64,000 nucleotides of DNA from an uncultured Chloroflexia bacterium (GTDB taxonomy: Bacteria > Chloroflexota > Chloroflexia > Thermomicrobiales > UBA6265): NCBI GenBank assembly GCA_963724295.1, contig CAVRUC010000002.1:128001-192000 (forward strand). The letters are read 5' to 3'. Under the pieces are notes generated by a model. The model was not told the DNA's origin, did no database searches, and saw only the letters and a program-made list of their open reading frames with translations. Both the position numbers and the translations under genes were made by a program. Shown piece after piece: positions 41,668-51,630 of the stretch. Numbering within the stretch: the first letter of the stretch is position 1; each line of letters begins with the position of its first letter.

Positions 41668-44600
41668 TCACGTGACGGCAGAAATGTGGCGTGCTTCCGT
41701 TGACACTGTGCCGGCCAGTGCTAAGGCCTCGTCGCGCGCTTGCTCGAGGCTGATCGTCCTCCCTTCGGCTAGCGCCGCCGCAGCGCCGGTGCCCGCCGCT
41801 CGCGTCGCCTGGTCAAGGGCTGGGGCAACACGTTGTTCATCACTTTCAAGCCGTGAAGGAAGATGCAGCAGCTCGCGCGCTGCCGCGGTCGCCCCAAAAA
41901 ACCGCAGAGCTGACACGGTATCTCCCTTTGCAGCGGCAGCCACTGCTAGCCACTCAATTGCCTCCAGGACGCCTTCCGGATCTCCAACTGCATCAAAGCG
42001 GCGGAGTGCTTCCCCGTACAGCGCGATCGCACCATCGACATTGCCCGCGTCCAGGACGAGGTGCCCACTATTGTTCGCGATCACGGCCAGCGCGAACTGG
42101 TCACCCAATTCGGTGTGAAGGTCTCGGCTGGTGGCAAGAAAGCGTTCTGCCTGTTGAACGTTCCCCGCGAGACGATGCGTGATGCCTATCTGAGAGGCGA
42201 CCCGTGCCGTCCAGGTGGTATCGCCGAGGGCACTCCCAAGCGCCATCGACTCTTCGAACACCTCCTGCGCACGCTCGTACTGGCCCTGTTCACGAGCAAT
42301 CATGCCCAGAACGCGTAGTGCGGTCGCGGTGCCCCACTGATCTCCGCTCCGGCGTGAGATCTTCAAAGCTTTCTCGCCCAGTCTGTTCGCCTTGTCGTAA
42401 GATTTCCGGTTGACTTCAATCATGGCCAGCACACTAAGCACCTCTGCCTCGCCCATTGCATCGTTGAGCTGCCGGCGCGCCTTGAGGCTCTGCTGGAGGT
42501 ACACCTCGGCCCTCTCGTAGTCACTCAGGTCAAGCGAGAGCTTGCCCAACGCGAACTCGGCAGCGGCACGATCGCGTGCGTCGACTGGTCCATCGATTGT
42601 CAAAGCACGCTCGAGCCACCCGCACGTTTCGTGGCCGTGACCTCGTATCCACCAGCATTCCCAAAGCCGCAATGCCAGCCCGAGCGCGCTGCTGCTATCA
42701 CCTCGATCCAGGGTGCGGCCCATGGCCGCACGAAGGTTGTCGTGCTCTGCCTCGAGCCGCTGCAGCCACTGCACCTGCTCTGAGCCGTGCATTCCGCTCT
42801 GAGCCTGTGCTGCCAAGTTCAGGAGGAACGCCTCAAAGGCGTGCTGGACCTGCTCTGCTTCTCCACTAGCAATGAGTTGCCCATCGGCGAACTCCCGGAT
42901 GGTCTCCAGCAGCGTGAAGCGCGACTCCTCCTGTGCGTTGGCGACCTGCAGGAGGCTGGCGTCGACGAGCGTCTCGATCCCCGCCTCGATATTGAGGGAC
43001 ATGTCCCCGCCAACGTTGCCCACCGCCTCGGCGGCCTCGAAGTTGCAGCCACCAGCAAAGACGCTCAGTCGCCGGAAGAGGGTTTGCTCCTCCGGGCTCA
43101 GGAGATCGACGCTCCAGGCGATGGTGTTGCGCAGCGTCTGCTGCCGCGTCGGCGCATCCCGCGCACCGCCGATGAGCATCGGCAGCCGCCGGTCTAGCCG
43201 GGCGAGCAACGTGCTGGGAGGCAGCAGTCGGATCCTCGCCGCCGCCAACTCGATGGCCAGCGGCAACCCATCCAGCCGCTGACAGATGCTATTGATATCG
43301 GCTGCCGTTCTCTCGTTGAGCTCGAAGCCGGGTCGGACGGCTTGAGCTCGCTGCACGAACAGCTGCACCGCCTCCGACTGCAGGGCCGCCTCCTCCGGCG
43401 TGGTTCCCTGCTGGGCAGCCGGGAGCGCCAGCGGCGGGACCACAACCACGTGCTCGCCTCGCAGGTGCAACGGGCTGCGGCTGGTAATGAGCATGCTGAG
43501 ACTCGGGCAGGCCGTTAGCAGCTCAATCACGAGCGGCGTGGCCGCCAGTACCTGCTCGAAACTGTCCAGCACCAGCAGGAGCCGACGCTCCTCCAGCTCA
43601 CGGCGCAGGAGCGCCATCAACGGTTGGCCCGAGATCTCTTTGAGCCCGAGGGCCAGAGCAATACGCGTCTCGACCAATGTGGGCTCGGCGAGGGGGGCCA
43701 GGTCGACCATGTAGACGCCGTCGGGAAATTTCGCCTCCAGGCTCTCGGCGACGGCGAAGGCCAACCGCGTCTTGCCCACCCCACCCGGTCCGATCAGGGT
43801 CAGCAAGCGCACGTCCGGGCGCAGGAGGAGCTCGCGGATCTGAGCCAGTTCGGCCGTGCGGCCGACCAGTGGGTTTGGTGGAACCGGCAGCCGGCCCGGG
43901 CGGGATGTGGACACACCCAGTGGGGGGAAGTCGTCCGCGAGGCCGGGGGCCATCAATTGGAAGATGTGCTCGTCACTCTCATCGGGATAGCGATGGGTGC
44001 CCAGGTTACGGAGCGCCATGTCCTCCGGCAGCCGCATCTCCGGCGACCTCGCCTCCTCAGACTCGGACGGCAGGTCGTCCAGCATCGCGGCCACGACCGC
44101 CGAGACGAGCACCTGCCCCGGATGACCCGAAGCCAGGAGGCGTCCCACATACGTGAGGGCCGGGGAGCGGGTCGCGTCCTGCGCATCCGGGGGCACTATC
44201 CCGGCATGGAGCGCCATGCGAACCGGCAGCGGTTCCGGGAAACCCACCTTCTCCCAGGCCTCGCGCTGCAATGCCTGCTGCGCGCCCAGGGCAGCCGCGA
44301 CGGCGGCTGGCGCAGTCGGGAAGCAGAACCACAGCGCCGTGCCGCGGGCCATCATGACGGTTCCACCGTGGGCGGTAGCCGCGGTGCGCACCAGCGTCTC
44401 GTAGCGGGCGGAGGCAGCGGGCAGGGCGTCGCCGTGCTCGCGCCAGAGGCGGCGCGCGTCGCCGAGATCGGTCATCAGGACCGTGACGGCGCCGCTGGGA
44501 TGGTCCGCTATGGCCGTCTCTGTCTCAGGCACCACGATGAGCACCGAGGGTGATGATCCCGACACGTCGAGGTGGAGTAGCGCCGGGCGTGCCGCGGCAA

Positions 44601-44811
44601 TCAACGCCTGCCGGTCGGCGTCGCTGAGCTCGAGCGCATCTGCCAGCATGCGGACAGTTTCCGGCCGGGGGGCAAGACGAGCGCCGCGCTCCAGGTCGCT
44701 AATGCCGCGCTTACTGAGTCCAGCTCGCTCGGCGAGGTCCTCCTGGGACAGCGAGGCCGCGCTGCGCAACCGGCGCAGCAGTGAGCTGAACGACATCCTG
44801 GTCTCGGTCAT
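41668..44811 (-). CDS. XRE HTH + degenerate cyclase + STAND NTPase + TPR regulator
   Basis: [43 protein letters not shown] cyclase-like fold; [27 protein letters not shown]-terminus. Confidence 0.93.
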   Translation of the reverse strand: MTETRMSFSSLLRRLRSAASLSQEDLAERAGLSKRGISDLERGARLAPRPETVRMLADALELSDADRQALIAAARPALLHLDVSGSSPSVLIVVPETETAIADHPSGAVTVLMTDLGDARRLWREHGDALPAASARYETLVRTAATAHGGTVMMARGTALWFCFPTAPAAVAAALGAQQALQREAWEKVGFPEPLPVRMALHAGIVPPDAQDATRSPALTYVGRLLASGHPGQVLVSAVVAAMLDDLPSESEEARSPEMRLPEDMALRNLGTHRYPDESDEHIFQLMAPGLADDFPPLGVSTSRPGRLPVPPNPLVGRTAELAQIRELLLRPDVRLLTLIGPGGVGKTRLAFAVAESLEAKFPDGVYMVDLAPLAEPTLVETRIALALGLKEISGQPLMALLRRELEERRLLLVLDSFEQVLAATPLVIELLTACPSLSMLITSRSPLHLRGEHVVVVPPLALPAAQQGTTPEEAALQSEAVQLFVQRAQAVRPGFELNERTAADINSICQRLDGLPLAIELAAARIRLLPPSTLLARLDRRLPMLIGGARDAPTRQQTLRNTIAWSVDLLSPEEQTLFRRLSVFAGGCNFEAAEAVGNVGGDMSLNIEAGIETLVDASLLQVANAQEESRFTLLETIREFADGQLIASGEAEQVQHAFEAFLLNLAAQAQSGMHGSEQVQWLQRLEAEHDNLRAAMGRTLDRGDSSSALGLALRLWECWWIRGHGHETCGWLERALTIDGPVDARDRAAAEFALGKLSLDLSDYERAEVYLQQSLKARRQLNDAMGEAEVLSVLAMIEVNRKSYDKANRLGEKALKISRRSGDQWGTATALRVLGMIAREQGQYERAQEVFEESMALGSALGDTTWTARVASQIGITHRLAGNVQQAERFLATSRDLHTELGDQFALAVIANNSGHLVLDAGNVDGAIALYGEALRRFDAVGDPEGVLEAIEWLAVAAAAKGDTVSALRFFGATAAARELLHLPSRLESDEQRVAPALDQATRAAGTGAAAALAEGRTISLEQARDEALALAGTVSTEARHISAVT

Positions 44812-44907
44812 CGCCGCCCTTCCGGGTTCCACGTGGTGGCTGAGCAGGGGCGTGCTGTGATGTGCCTCACAAGCGTAGCAGACGGCATCAGCACGGTTGG
44901 GCCGGGT

Positions 44908-44956
44908 TGCGTCCGCGATGCGTCCGCGATGCGTGCCTGCTGCGTCTCGCCGCGTA
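44908..44956 (+). promoter_or_regulatory. helically phased direct-repeat operator
   Basis: TGCGT(C/G) at 44908, 44919, 44930, 44941 (11-bp period) plus CGCGTA at 44951, in a divergent intergenic region. Confidence 0.7.
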
Positions 44957-45101
44957 GTCCGTTGAGACGGATGCTGGGAGCGTGCCGGAAGGAGGCCGCC
45001 AGGTCACCCCGGCAGGGTCGATTGACCCGGGTTCGCATCGCCAAGGCGCTAGGCGACACGAGCCACCGTTGAAGCCTCGGACGTACAGAAGGGAACCTGC
45101 G

Positions 45102-45923
45102 ATGTCTACGATCCATCGGTCCCGAACAATCGTCTCCGCGTTCGCGGCCACGTTCATGGTCGCCCTATCGGCACCCATTGCCGTCCACGCCCAGGACCAG
45201 CTTCTTACGGAAGAGCAGGCCCTCGCTCCCGCCTCGATTCCTGGCCCATCCGTATCGGTCGAGGACAGCCGCGTCAGTGCCGCCCAGCACGCGCTGCTTT
45301 CCCCCGACCTGGGCAGCCTGCAGGAAGAGGCACTGATGGCGGTGGTGGCCGCTGCCATGAGCTGGGACGAGACGAGTGGATACCGTTCAGTGGAGGCGAG
45401 CCGCGCGGCAAACGCGCTCGCGATCATGCCGGCAACCAGCACGAACCAGGTTCCGAGCGATGTCCGCTGGGCGCCAGCACGCGTCATTTCGCCCGGGCCA
45501 TCGATCGAGGAGGCGCGCGTGCTCTCCGCCCAGCACGGGTTGCAGTCTCGCGACCTGGGCAGCATGCAGGAGGAGGCCCTGTTCGCCATCGTGGCCGCGG
45601 CTCCGTCGTGGGACGAGACGAGTGGCTATGGGGTGCTCGAGGCCAGTCGGGCCACGATTGGGCACCCGGCCTTCACCACAACCGAGACGAGCCGGCTGGC
45701 CATCGCTCAACAGGCGCTGCTCTCCGGTGACCTCGGCAGCATGCAGGAGGAGGCCTTGGCGGCCGTAGTGGCCACCAGCAGCACCAGGGATGACACGAAT
45801 GTCGATGAGGCATTGGCATCGACCCGCGCTGCGCTGCTGGCGCAGTTCCGCGCGGTGGAGTTGTCCTCGAGCCGCTATCTGGGAGCGGATCAGCACCTCT
45901 CGTCTGGTGCTGCCGCGAGCTAG
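45102..45923 (+). CDS. secreted protein with three internal repeats
   Basis: signal peptide ending AVHA-Q; 3x SxDLGSxQEEALxAxVA and 2x SWDETSGYxxxEASRA. Confidence 0.8.
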   Translation: MSTIHRSRTIVSAFAATFMVALSAPIAVHAQDQLLTEEQALAPASIPGPSVSVEDSRVSAAQHALLSPDLGSLQEEALMAVVAAAMSWDETSGYRSVEASRAANALAIMPATSTNQVPSDVRWAPARVISPGPSIEEARVLSAQHGLQSRDLGSMQEEALFAIVAAAPSWDETSGYGVLEASRATIGHPAFTTTETSRLAIAQQALLSGDLGSMQEEALAAVVATSSTRDDTNVDEALASTRAALLAQFRAVELSSSRYLGADQHLSSGAAAS

Positions 45924-45950
45924 GTCGACTGCAGACAGCTTATCCGTCAA

Positions 45951-45985
45951 CCCAGGTGGGCCACGAGCGCCGTGGCCCACTTGGG
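45951..45985 (+). terminator. strong intergenic hairpin (no U-tract)
   Basis: CCCAGGTGGGCCACG/CGTGGCCCACTTGGG. Confidence 0.5.
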
Positions 45986-46049
45986 GCTGGCTATTCGTCG
46001 CCCGATGACCCGCGCAGAGTTGACCGGGCACCGACAGAGGAGACACCTC

Positions 46050-46298
46050 ATGCTTCCCCATCCCGAAACCGTCCGCAAGATCAACGCCCTCCGCAACCAG
46101 GAGCGGCTTCAGGACGTAACACGGCAGCGACGCGCGACCGACCCTGGCGCTGGTGCGCCCTCACGGACTCCTACTGTATCGACAGCTCGGCTGGCGCTGG
46201 CCGCATGGCTCACGGCGCTGGTGGCGCGCATGCACGTCGCGAAGCGGCGAAGGGAGCTACTCCCCGCGGCCAACAGTCCAGCGCGCCCAGCGAACTAA
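46050..46298 (+). CDS. small basic hypothetical protein (82 aa)
   Basis: GAGGAG RBS; MLPHPETVRKINALRNQERLQDVTRQRR...ARLALAAWLTALVARM. Confidence 0.7.
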   Translation: MLPHPETVRKINALRNQERLQDVTRQRRATDPGAGAPSRTPTVSTARLALAAWLTALVARMHVAKRRRELLPAANSPARPAN

Positions 46299-46440
46299 TG
46301 GGTTCTCCGGCGACTCGAGTCCACCGAGTCCAAGGAGGAGATGGAAAAGGTCCCCGGGTTGATAACGACGCCTGCAGTGATCTCGGGGAGCGCGTAGTCA
46401 ACCAGCTATAAGCGCATTCCCCAAGGGGAGTCGGCGTCGT

Positions 46441-48096
46441 CTATCCGCCCATCGCCGCAACCAGGAGATCGCGGCCGATCGGGAGCGCGACCTGACCGCC
46501 GCCCCCGCCCGCCTCCAGCACGATGGCCACGGCGTAGCGCGGTTCCTCCCCGGGTAGCCCGATGAAGCCGATGAACCAGGCGTGCGGGTCGCCGCTGCCG
46601 GTCTCGGCGGTGCCGGTCTTGCCGCCGATCGTGTAGCCGGGCGTGAAGGCCGTTCCCAGCGCGCCGTTCTCGACGGCATAGACCATCATCGCGGCGGTCT
46701 GATCGGCGGCCTCGGCGCCGGTCCCTCGTCGCCATCGCGATGGCCGCATCTCTCGCACCGTCTCCCCGTCCGGCTCGGCCAGACTCGCTACCAGGTGAGG
46801 CCGCATGATCTCGCCGTCATTGGCCAGGCCCGCGGCGACGAGCGCCATCTGTAGCGGCGTCGCCAGCAGCTCGCCCTGGCCGAACGCCGTCTCGGCCACC
46901 GCCACCGGATCGTCGAGGAACCCCGGTGTCACGCTGACCCGGCTCGCTTCGACCGGCAGATCGACCGGGACATCGCTCTCCCAGCCCCAGCCGCGCGCCG
47001 CCTCGGCAAGGGCGTCGCCGCCGAGCTGCAAGCCGACCTGGGCGAAGACGACGTTGAGCGACCAGGCAAGCGACTCGGTCAGGCTCCACAGCGTCTGCTG
47101 GTCGTTGGGACGGTTCTGCTCGACGAGGGTGTGACCGGCAATGGTCAGCTCGCCGGCATCCTCATAGATGGTGTCGGGCCGGGCCACGCCGGTGTCGATC
47201 GCGGCCGCCGCGGTGATCGTCTTGAAGGTCGAGCCCGGTGGGTACAGCCCCGAGGTCGCGCGTTGCACGAGCGGGGAGCGCGGATCCGATGTTAGTGCGG
47301 CGAAGGCCGATTGCGCCGGTTGCCGATCTGCCTCGGTCACCACCACCAGCGCATTGGCGTCGAATGACGGCGAAGACGCCAGGGTCAGCACCGCGCCGGT
47401 CTCGATATCGAGTAGCACGGCCGCGCCCGTGCGCTCGCCGAGGGCCTCGTGCGCCCGCCGCTGCAGATCGGTATCGATGGTCAGGTGCAGGTCGATTCCC
47501 CTGCGGGGTAGGCCTCGCAACGATTCGAGCGCGCGAGTGAAGGGGTTACCCCCGCCGCGGCCGGCAAGCTCGTCGTCCCAGGATGCTTCCAGTCCGGAGG
47601 AGCCGTAGAGCAGCGGCGAGAAGTAGCCGGTGATTTCCGACGTCCCCTCGGGATAGACCCGCCGCGCGACGCCATCCGCGAGGACCGTGCGGGCCAGCAC
47701 AACCCCATCGCGGTCGTAGATGGCGCCGCGCCGGATCGTCAGCGCTTCGTCGACAAGGAGGGGATTGGAGATCACGTCGCCGGTCACGGGATCGATGCCC
47801 ACCCGGTGGGTGATGCTGTCGCTCATCACCACCTGGACGCGCAGGAGCTGGATCGCGCAGAGCGTCAGGATGCTGAGAAAGATCATCGTCATCCGTAGCG
47901 CCGAGCGGCCCAGGGGTGGGACTGTCGGCGGCACGTCAGGCCAGACCGCGACCAGGAGCGGGATCCAGCTCAGCCAGAGGATCGCGATCCACCGCGCGTC
48001 CGAAATCGTGTCCCGCGCCGCGAGTCCGTACCCAACGATGAGGAAAAAGAGGATCGCGGCGATGCGGCGGCGATTGATCGTCATGGTTTTCGGCAT
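46441..48096 (-). CDS. class B penicillin-binding protein (PbpA-like transpeptidase)
   Basis: RRGAIYDRDG, GLEASWD, PGSTFK (SxxK), SLN (SxN), AFGQG, GKTGTAE; N-terminal TM helices. Confidence 0.93.
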   Translation of the reverse strand: MPKTMTINRRRIAAILFFLIVGYGLAARDTISDARWIAILWLSWIPLLVAVWPDVPPTVPPLGRSALRMTMIFLSILTLCAIQLLRVQVVMSDSITHRVGIDPVTGDVISNPLLVDEALTIRRGAIYDRDGVVLARTVLADGVARRVYPEGTSEITGYFSPLLYGSSGLEASWDDELAGRGGGNPFTRALESLRGLPRRGIDLHLTIDTDLQRRAHEALGERTGAAVLLDIETGAVLTLASSPSFDANALVVVTEADRQPAQSAFAALTSDPRSPLVQRATSGLYPPGSTFKTITAAAAIDTGVARPDTIYEDAGELTIAGHTLVEQNRPNDQQTLWSLTESLAWSLNVVFAQVGLQLGGDALAEAARGWGWESDVPVDLPVEASRVSVTPGFLDDPVAVAETAFGQGELLATPLQMALVAAGLANDGEIMRPHLVASLAEPDGETVREMRPSRWRRGTGAEAADQTAAMMVYAVENGALGTAFTPGYTIGGKTGTAETGSGDPHAWFIGFIGLPGEEPRYAVAIVLEAGGGGGQVALPIGRDLLVAAMGG

Positions 48097-48253
48097 ACCA
48101 GATGAGACCTTACCACCGACGCGCCGTCGCTTATTGCGCAGGGATCTCCGTTAGTCGAACTGAGCGACCCCTGCGCTCCGACGGTGGAACTCATCGACCA
48201 GGTTCTCGGTATTGTGATTGGTGGGTTGTCGTATCGTGGACAGGTAAGACGCA

Positions 48254-48560
48254 ATGGAGCGACCTGTCATCGGTGGCTGGTTCTGCGGCGTCGCGGGGCT
48301 CATTGTTAGCCTCGCGCTCTCCGCGGCGATTGTGGACGGTCGAGACTGGGTAACGCCGGCTCCCGGAGTGGTCGCGACTCCCGCGACTGCCATGTCGTGT
48401 CCAGTGACCGTCCCCAACGAGAGCACGCCTCCGGGCGAGGAACGCTCGCCCTACTACCACGGCAACGGCGTGTTGTGGACAGTGCTTTGGCCCAACGGCG
48501 ACATCCTCATCACCCAGAATCTGCTCGATCCCGATGGCGCGAGCCTCACGTTCGTCGAGC
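48254..48560 (+). pseudogene. probable N-terminal fragment of a secreted protein
   Basis: hydrophobic leader then CPVTVPNESTPPGE...YHGNGVLWTVLWPNG...PDG; protein-like character is lost after ~48550 and the ORF runs into the antisense of the next gene. Confidence 0.45.
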
Positions 48561-48626
48561 GCGTGGTGTGGTTGAACGTTTCGGGAACCCGTTTAAAAAC
48601 GTGCTGCGGTGAACAGAGGTCTGCCG

Positions 48627-49553
48627 CTACGGCGCTGGCGACGCAACGGGCGTTGCCCACGTGCTCGGGTCGCGCACGGCGTCGACGACTTCGCGAATGG
48701 CATCGAGAACCACCTCGGGCCGTTCCCACTGGATGTTGTGTCCGCTTTCCTCAACGACGATCCAGCGCTGGCCCGGAACGAGATTGGCGAGATCCTTCTG
48801 CAGCGCTAACAGCACCGGGTCCACGCGCTCCGATGGCCAGTCCGGCATTGGGAGTGGTTCCGAGGGTTGTCCGGCGCTGAGCAACACAACCGGCACGGTC
48901 GGCAGCGGCAGCTCTGCCCGCGCTTGCCTGACCTGGGCGCTGGTTGCCGCAAAGTCGATGCCCTCACGGCTCTCGAACCACCCTTGCTCAACCAGCTCAC
49001 TCCACAACTCAGGGCCAAGGGCTTCCTCGAGATGCACGTCCTCATCTTCGTGGGTGGGATCGAGCAACACGAGTCCCGCCACCTCATCCGGGTAGGTGTG
49101 GGCAAAGAGCCGGTCATAGATGCCGCCGACTGATGCGGCGACAAGGATATAGGGTCCGGGCACACCGGCCGTCGTCAGCAGCGCATGCAGGTCATCCGCG
49201 GCATCTTGCCCCGTGCGGGGCTTCGGCGCACTGTCGCTGGCGCCAAGGTTGGCGCGATCGTAGGCGCAGACGCGCGTGATGGTCGCGACTTTGGGCATGA
49301 GCGACGACCAGACATCTACGGTGGAGTCGAGCCCGGCTTCCAGAATGACGGTCGGGCTGCCCTCGCCCATGCAGTTGAGGTAGAGGGAGCGACCACCAAT
49401 GTCCACGAGAGCGGCGAAGTCCCCGCTGGCGGCGTCGACCGCTTCCGGGGTGGAATCCTGGGCGAGGGTCGTTCTGACCAGACCGAACGGCAGCAGGGGC
49501 GAGGCGAGGAGTGTGAGACCGATAATGACTCGACGCAGGTGCGCCCACGGCAT
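48627..49553 (-). CDS. secreted alpha/beta hydrolase
   Basis: signal peptide; VDIGGRSLYLNCMGEGSPTVILEAG, YDRANLGASD, LVAASVGG, SGHNIQWERPE. Confidence 0.9.
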   Translation of the reverse strand: MPWAHLRRVIIGLTLLASPLLPFGLVRTTLAQDSTPEAVDAASGDFAALVDIGGRSLYLNCMGEGSPTVILEAGLDSTVDVWSSLMPKVATITRVCAYDRANLGASDSAPKPRTGQDAADDLHALLTTAGVPGPYILVAASVGGIYDRLFAHTYPDEVAGLVLLDPTHEDEDVHLEEALGPELWSELVEQGWFESREGIDFAATSAQVRQARAELPLPTVPVVLLSAGQPSEPLPMPDWPSERVDPVLLALQKDLANLVPGQRWIVVEESGHNIQWERPEVVLDAIREVVDAVRDPSTWATPVASPAP

Positions 49554-49794
49554 GGCATGCCTTCCTTTCTATGCACGCTCACCCCGGAGCCGATGCTCGG
49601 CGCCGCGGGCGGGCCGGGAGGGTACCACGCGAGCGGGCCGACGCTGACGCGTTCTCATGCGCAGGGGCCACCGAGGGGCAACTGCCAGCCGTAGGCAGCC
49701 GTAGGGTTGTGAAACCGGTTCGGGGAACCCCAGTGCCACGCCGCTGACCATCGTGCGCTGCCGAGGAACCACCGGCTGACGAAGGATATCTTCG

Positions 49795-50583
49795 TTAACT
49801 GATCGAGACACGAAACGAAATGGAGGCCAGCGGTGTCATGGCGGAGCCAACGATTGGATCGACGCGGGTCTGCCAGAGATGCGCCACGACTGCCGCGGCC
49901 TCGCGGAGGACGTAGGTGAGCTCCCCGCCACCACCGGTACGGATCGGACTCATCTCGGCGGGAGATCCCCACGCCTGCAGCCCGACGTCGCGCGCCATCA
50001 TCCGCGAGCGAAAGAGATGAAACCCGTCGCTGACGACGATCACCTCGTCGATCCCCAGCGGCTGCACGAGCGCCGCAATCCCCTGCATGCTCTCCCAGGT
50101 ATCGCTGGCCGCGTTCTCGGTCAGGATCGCCTCGGCCGGCACGCCCGCGTTCATCAGATAGGCCCATGCCGCCTCGGCCTCGGTGTACCCGTCGCCGGGC
50201 ATCTTGCCTCCCGTCACCACCAGCACCGGAGCATAGCCTGCTTGCCAGAGCTCGAGGGCTCGGTCGAGCCGCGCCTGGAAGACGGGTCCCGGCCAGCCGT
50301 TGTATTGCGCCGTGCCAAGCACGACGATCGCCTGGGCGGGACGCGCTTGATCGGTCCGCGCCTGACGGTAGATGGCGACGACGAGCACCAGCCCGGCGAT
50401 GACCAGCGCCGCGATGCAGAACCAGACCAGCGTCAGCCCCCAGCGCCACAGCTCTCCCCACGGGGAGCGACGGCGACGCAACGGGGACGGACGAGCGACC
50501 GGAGAATCCGCAACCGGCGCGGCAGCCGGAGCGACGGTCGTGCCCTCGCGTGAGGAGATCATGACGCGATGGTACCGCGTCAT
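49795..50583 (-). CDS. YdcF/DUF218 family protein
   Basis: TM helix, AIVVLG, RLDRA, VTGG, TEAEA, VVSDGFHLFRS, YVLRE. Confidence 0.9.
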   Translation of the reverse strand: MTRYHRVMISSREGTTVAPAAAPVADSPVARPSPLRRRRSPWGELWRWGLTLVWFCIAALVIAGLVLVVAIYRQARTDQARPAQAIVVLGTAQYNGWPGPVFQARLDRALELWQAGYAPVLVVTGGKMPGDGYTEAEAAWAYLMNAGVPAEAILTENAASDTWESMQGIAALVQPLGIDEVIVVSDGFHLFRSRMMARDVGLQAWGSPAEMSPIRTGGGGELTYVLREAAAVVAHLWQTRVDPIVGSAMTPLASISFRVSIS

Positions 50584-50584
50584 G

Positions 50585-50709
50585 GCTATCAGCTATCAGC
50601 AATCGGCTGTAAGCCCTATTACGGCTCACGACTTACGATTCACGACCCACGACCCACCACCTACCGACTTACCGACTCACCGACTTACCGACTTACCGAC
50701 TGGCCGACT
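50585..50709. repeat. composite tandem repeat (GCTATCA-type 7-mers, CACGAC-type 7-mers, ACCGACTT 8-mers)
   Basis: three consecutive short-unit arrays filling the divergent intergenic gap. Confidence 0.85.
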
Positions 50710-50720
50710 ATGATGCCCCC

Positions 50721-51506
50721 ATGGACGACTCCGTGCGGGACTTCTACGACGAATTGGCCGAGAGCCACCATCTCATCTTTGCCGATTGGCAGGGGTCGAT
50801 GCGACAGCAGGCCGCGGCGCTCGATCGGCTGATTCAGGTGCAGCTCGGACCGGGGCCGCACGCCATTCTCGACTGCGCCTGCGGTATCGGCACCCAGGCG
50901 ATCGGTCTCGCGCTCCTCGGCCACACGGTCCACGCCACCGATCTCAGCCCCAACGCGGTGGCTCGTGCCGAGCGCGAGGCCGCGACCCGCGACGCTTCGC
51001 TAACGTTCGGCGTGGCCGACATGCGCGAGCTTGGCTCACAGGTCGACGGACAGTTCGACGTCGTCCTCGCCTGCGACAACGCGCTGCCGCACCTGCTCGA
51101 GGACGATGACCTGCGTCTCGCTATCGACAACATGTTCGGCAAGCTTCGTCCGGGCGGGCTCTTTCTGGCCAGCATCCGCGACTACGACCGGCTCGTGCAG
51201 GAGCGACCCCGCGGCGAAGGGCCGCGTGTCGTCGACGACATTCATGGTCGCCACATCGCTTTTCAGGTCTGGGATTGGACTGACGACGGGTCGTCCTACC
51301 GGTTGCATCAGTTTCTCCTGAGACAGGATGGCGCTGCCTGGCACACCGAGCACTTCAGCGTCATCTACCGCGCGCTGCGACCTCCCGATCTGGTCGCAGC
51401 GCTACGACATGCGGGGTTCGCCCTGGCCACCATCCACTGGCACGAGCCCGAAGAGAGCGGCTTCTTCCAGCCGATTGTCACCGCGGTCAAGCCAGGTGAT
51501 GACTGA
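50721..51506 (+). CDS. class I SAM-dependent methyltransferase
   Basis: ILDCACGIG motif I, ADMR, FDVVLACDNALPHL, LRPGG. Confidence 0.92.
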   Translation: MDDSVRDFYDELAESHHLIFADWQGSMRQQAAALDRLIQVQLGPGPHAILDCACGIGTQAIGLALLGHTVHATDLSPNAVARAEREAATRDASLTFGVADMRELGSQVDGQFDVVLACDNALPHLLEDDDLRLAIDNMFGKLRPGGLFLASIRDYDRLVQERPRGEGPRVVDDIHGRHIAFQVWDWTDDGSSYRLHQFLLRQDGAAWHTEHFSVIYRALRPPDLVAALRHAGFALATIHWHEPEESGFFQPIVTAVKPGDD

Positions 51507-51508
51507 CG

Positions 51509-51580
51509 GGCTATCAGCCAGCGGCTAGCGGCTATCCGTCTCTTTTCGTCCTTACCGACTGACCGACTTACCGACTCACC
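51509..51580. repeat. composite tandem repeat (GCTATCA-type + ACCGACTT-type)
   Basis: same two-part layout as 50585 and 58167. Confidence 0.75.
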
Positions 51581-51630
51581 CCGGTACAATGCCCCGGTGA
51601 TCATCTCGGAAGCTAGAGAAGGGACGGGGC

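Noticed and set aside
44825..44840. parS-like GGTTCCACGTGGTGGC
   Set aside because: Right arm does not match; the CACGTG core is expected by chance
45102..45923. RiPP biosynthetic cluster around the repeat protein
   Set aside because: No modifying enzyme, dedicated protease or transporter nearby; kept only as a possible unmodified precursor
48582..48602. IS terminal inverted repeat GGGAACCCGTTTAAAAAC
   Set aside because: AT-rich and near a truncation point, but no partner end, target duplication or transposase is visible
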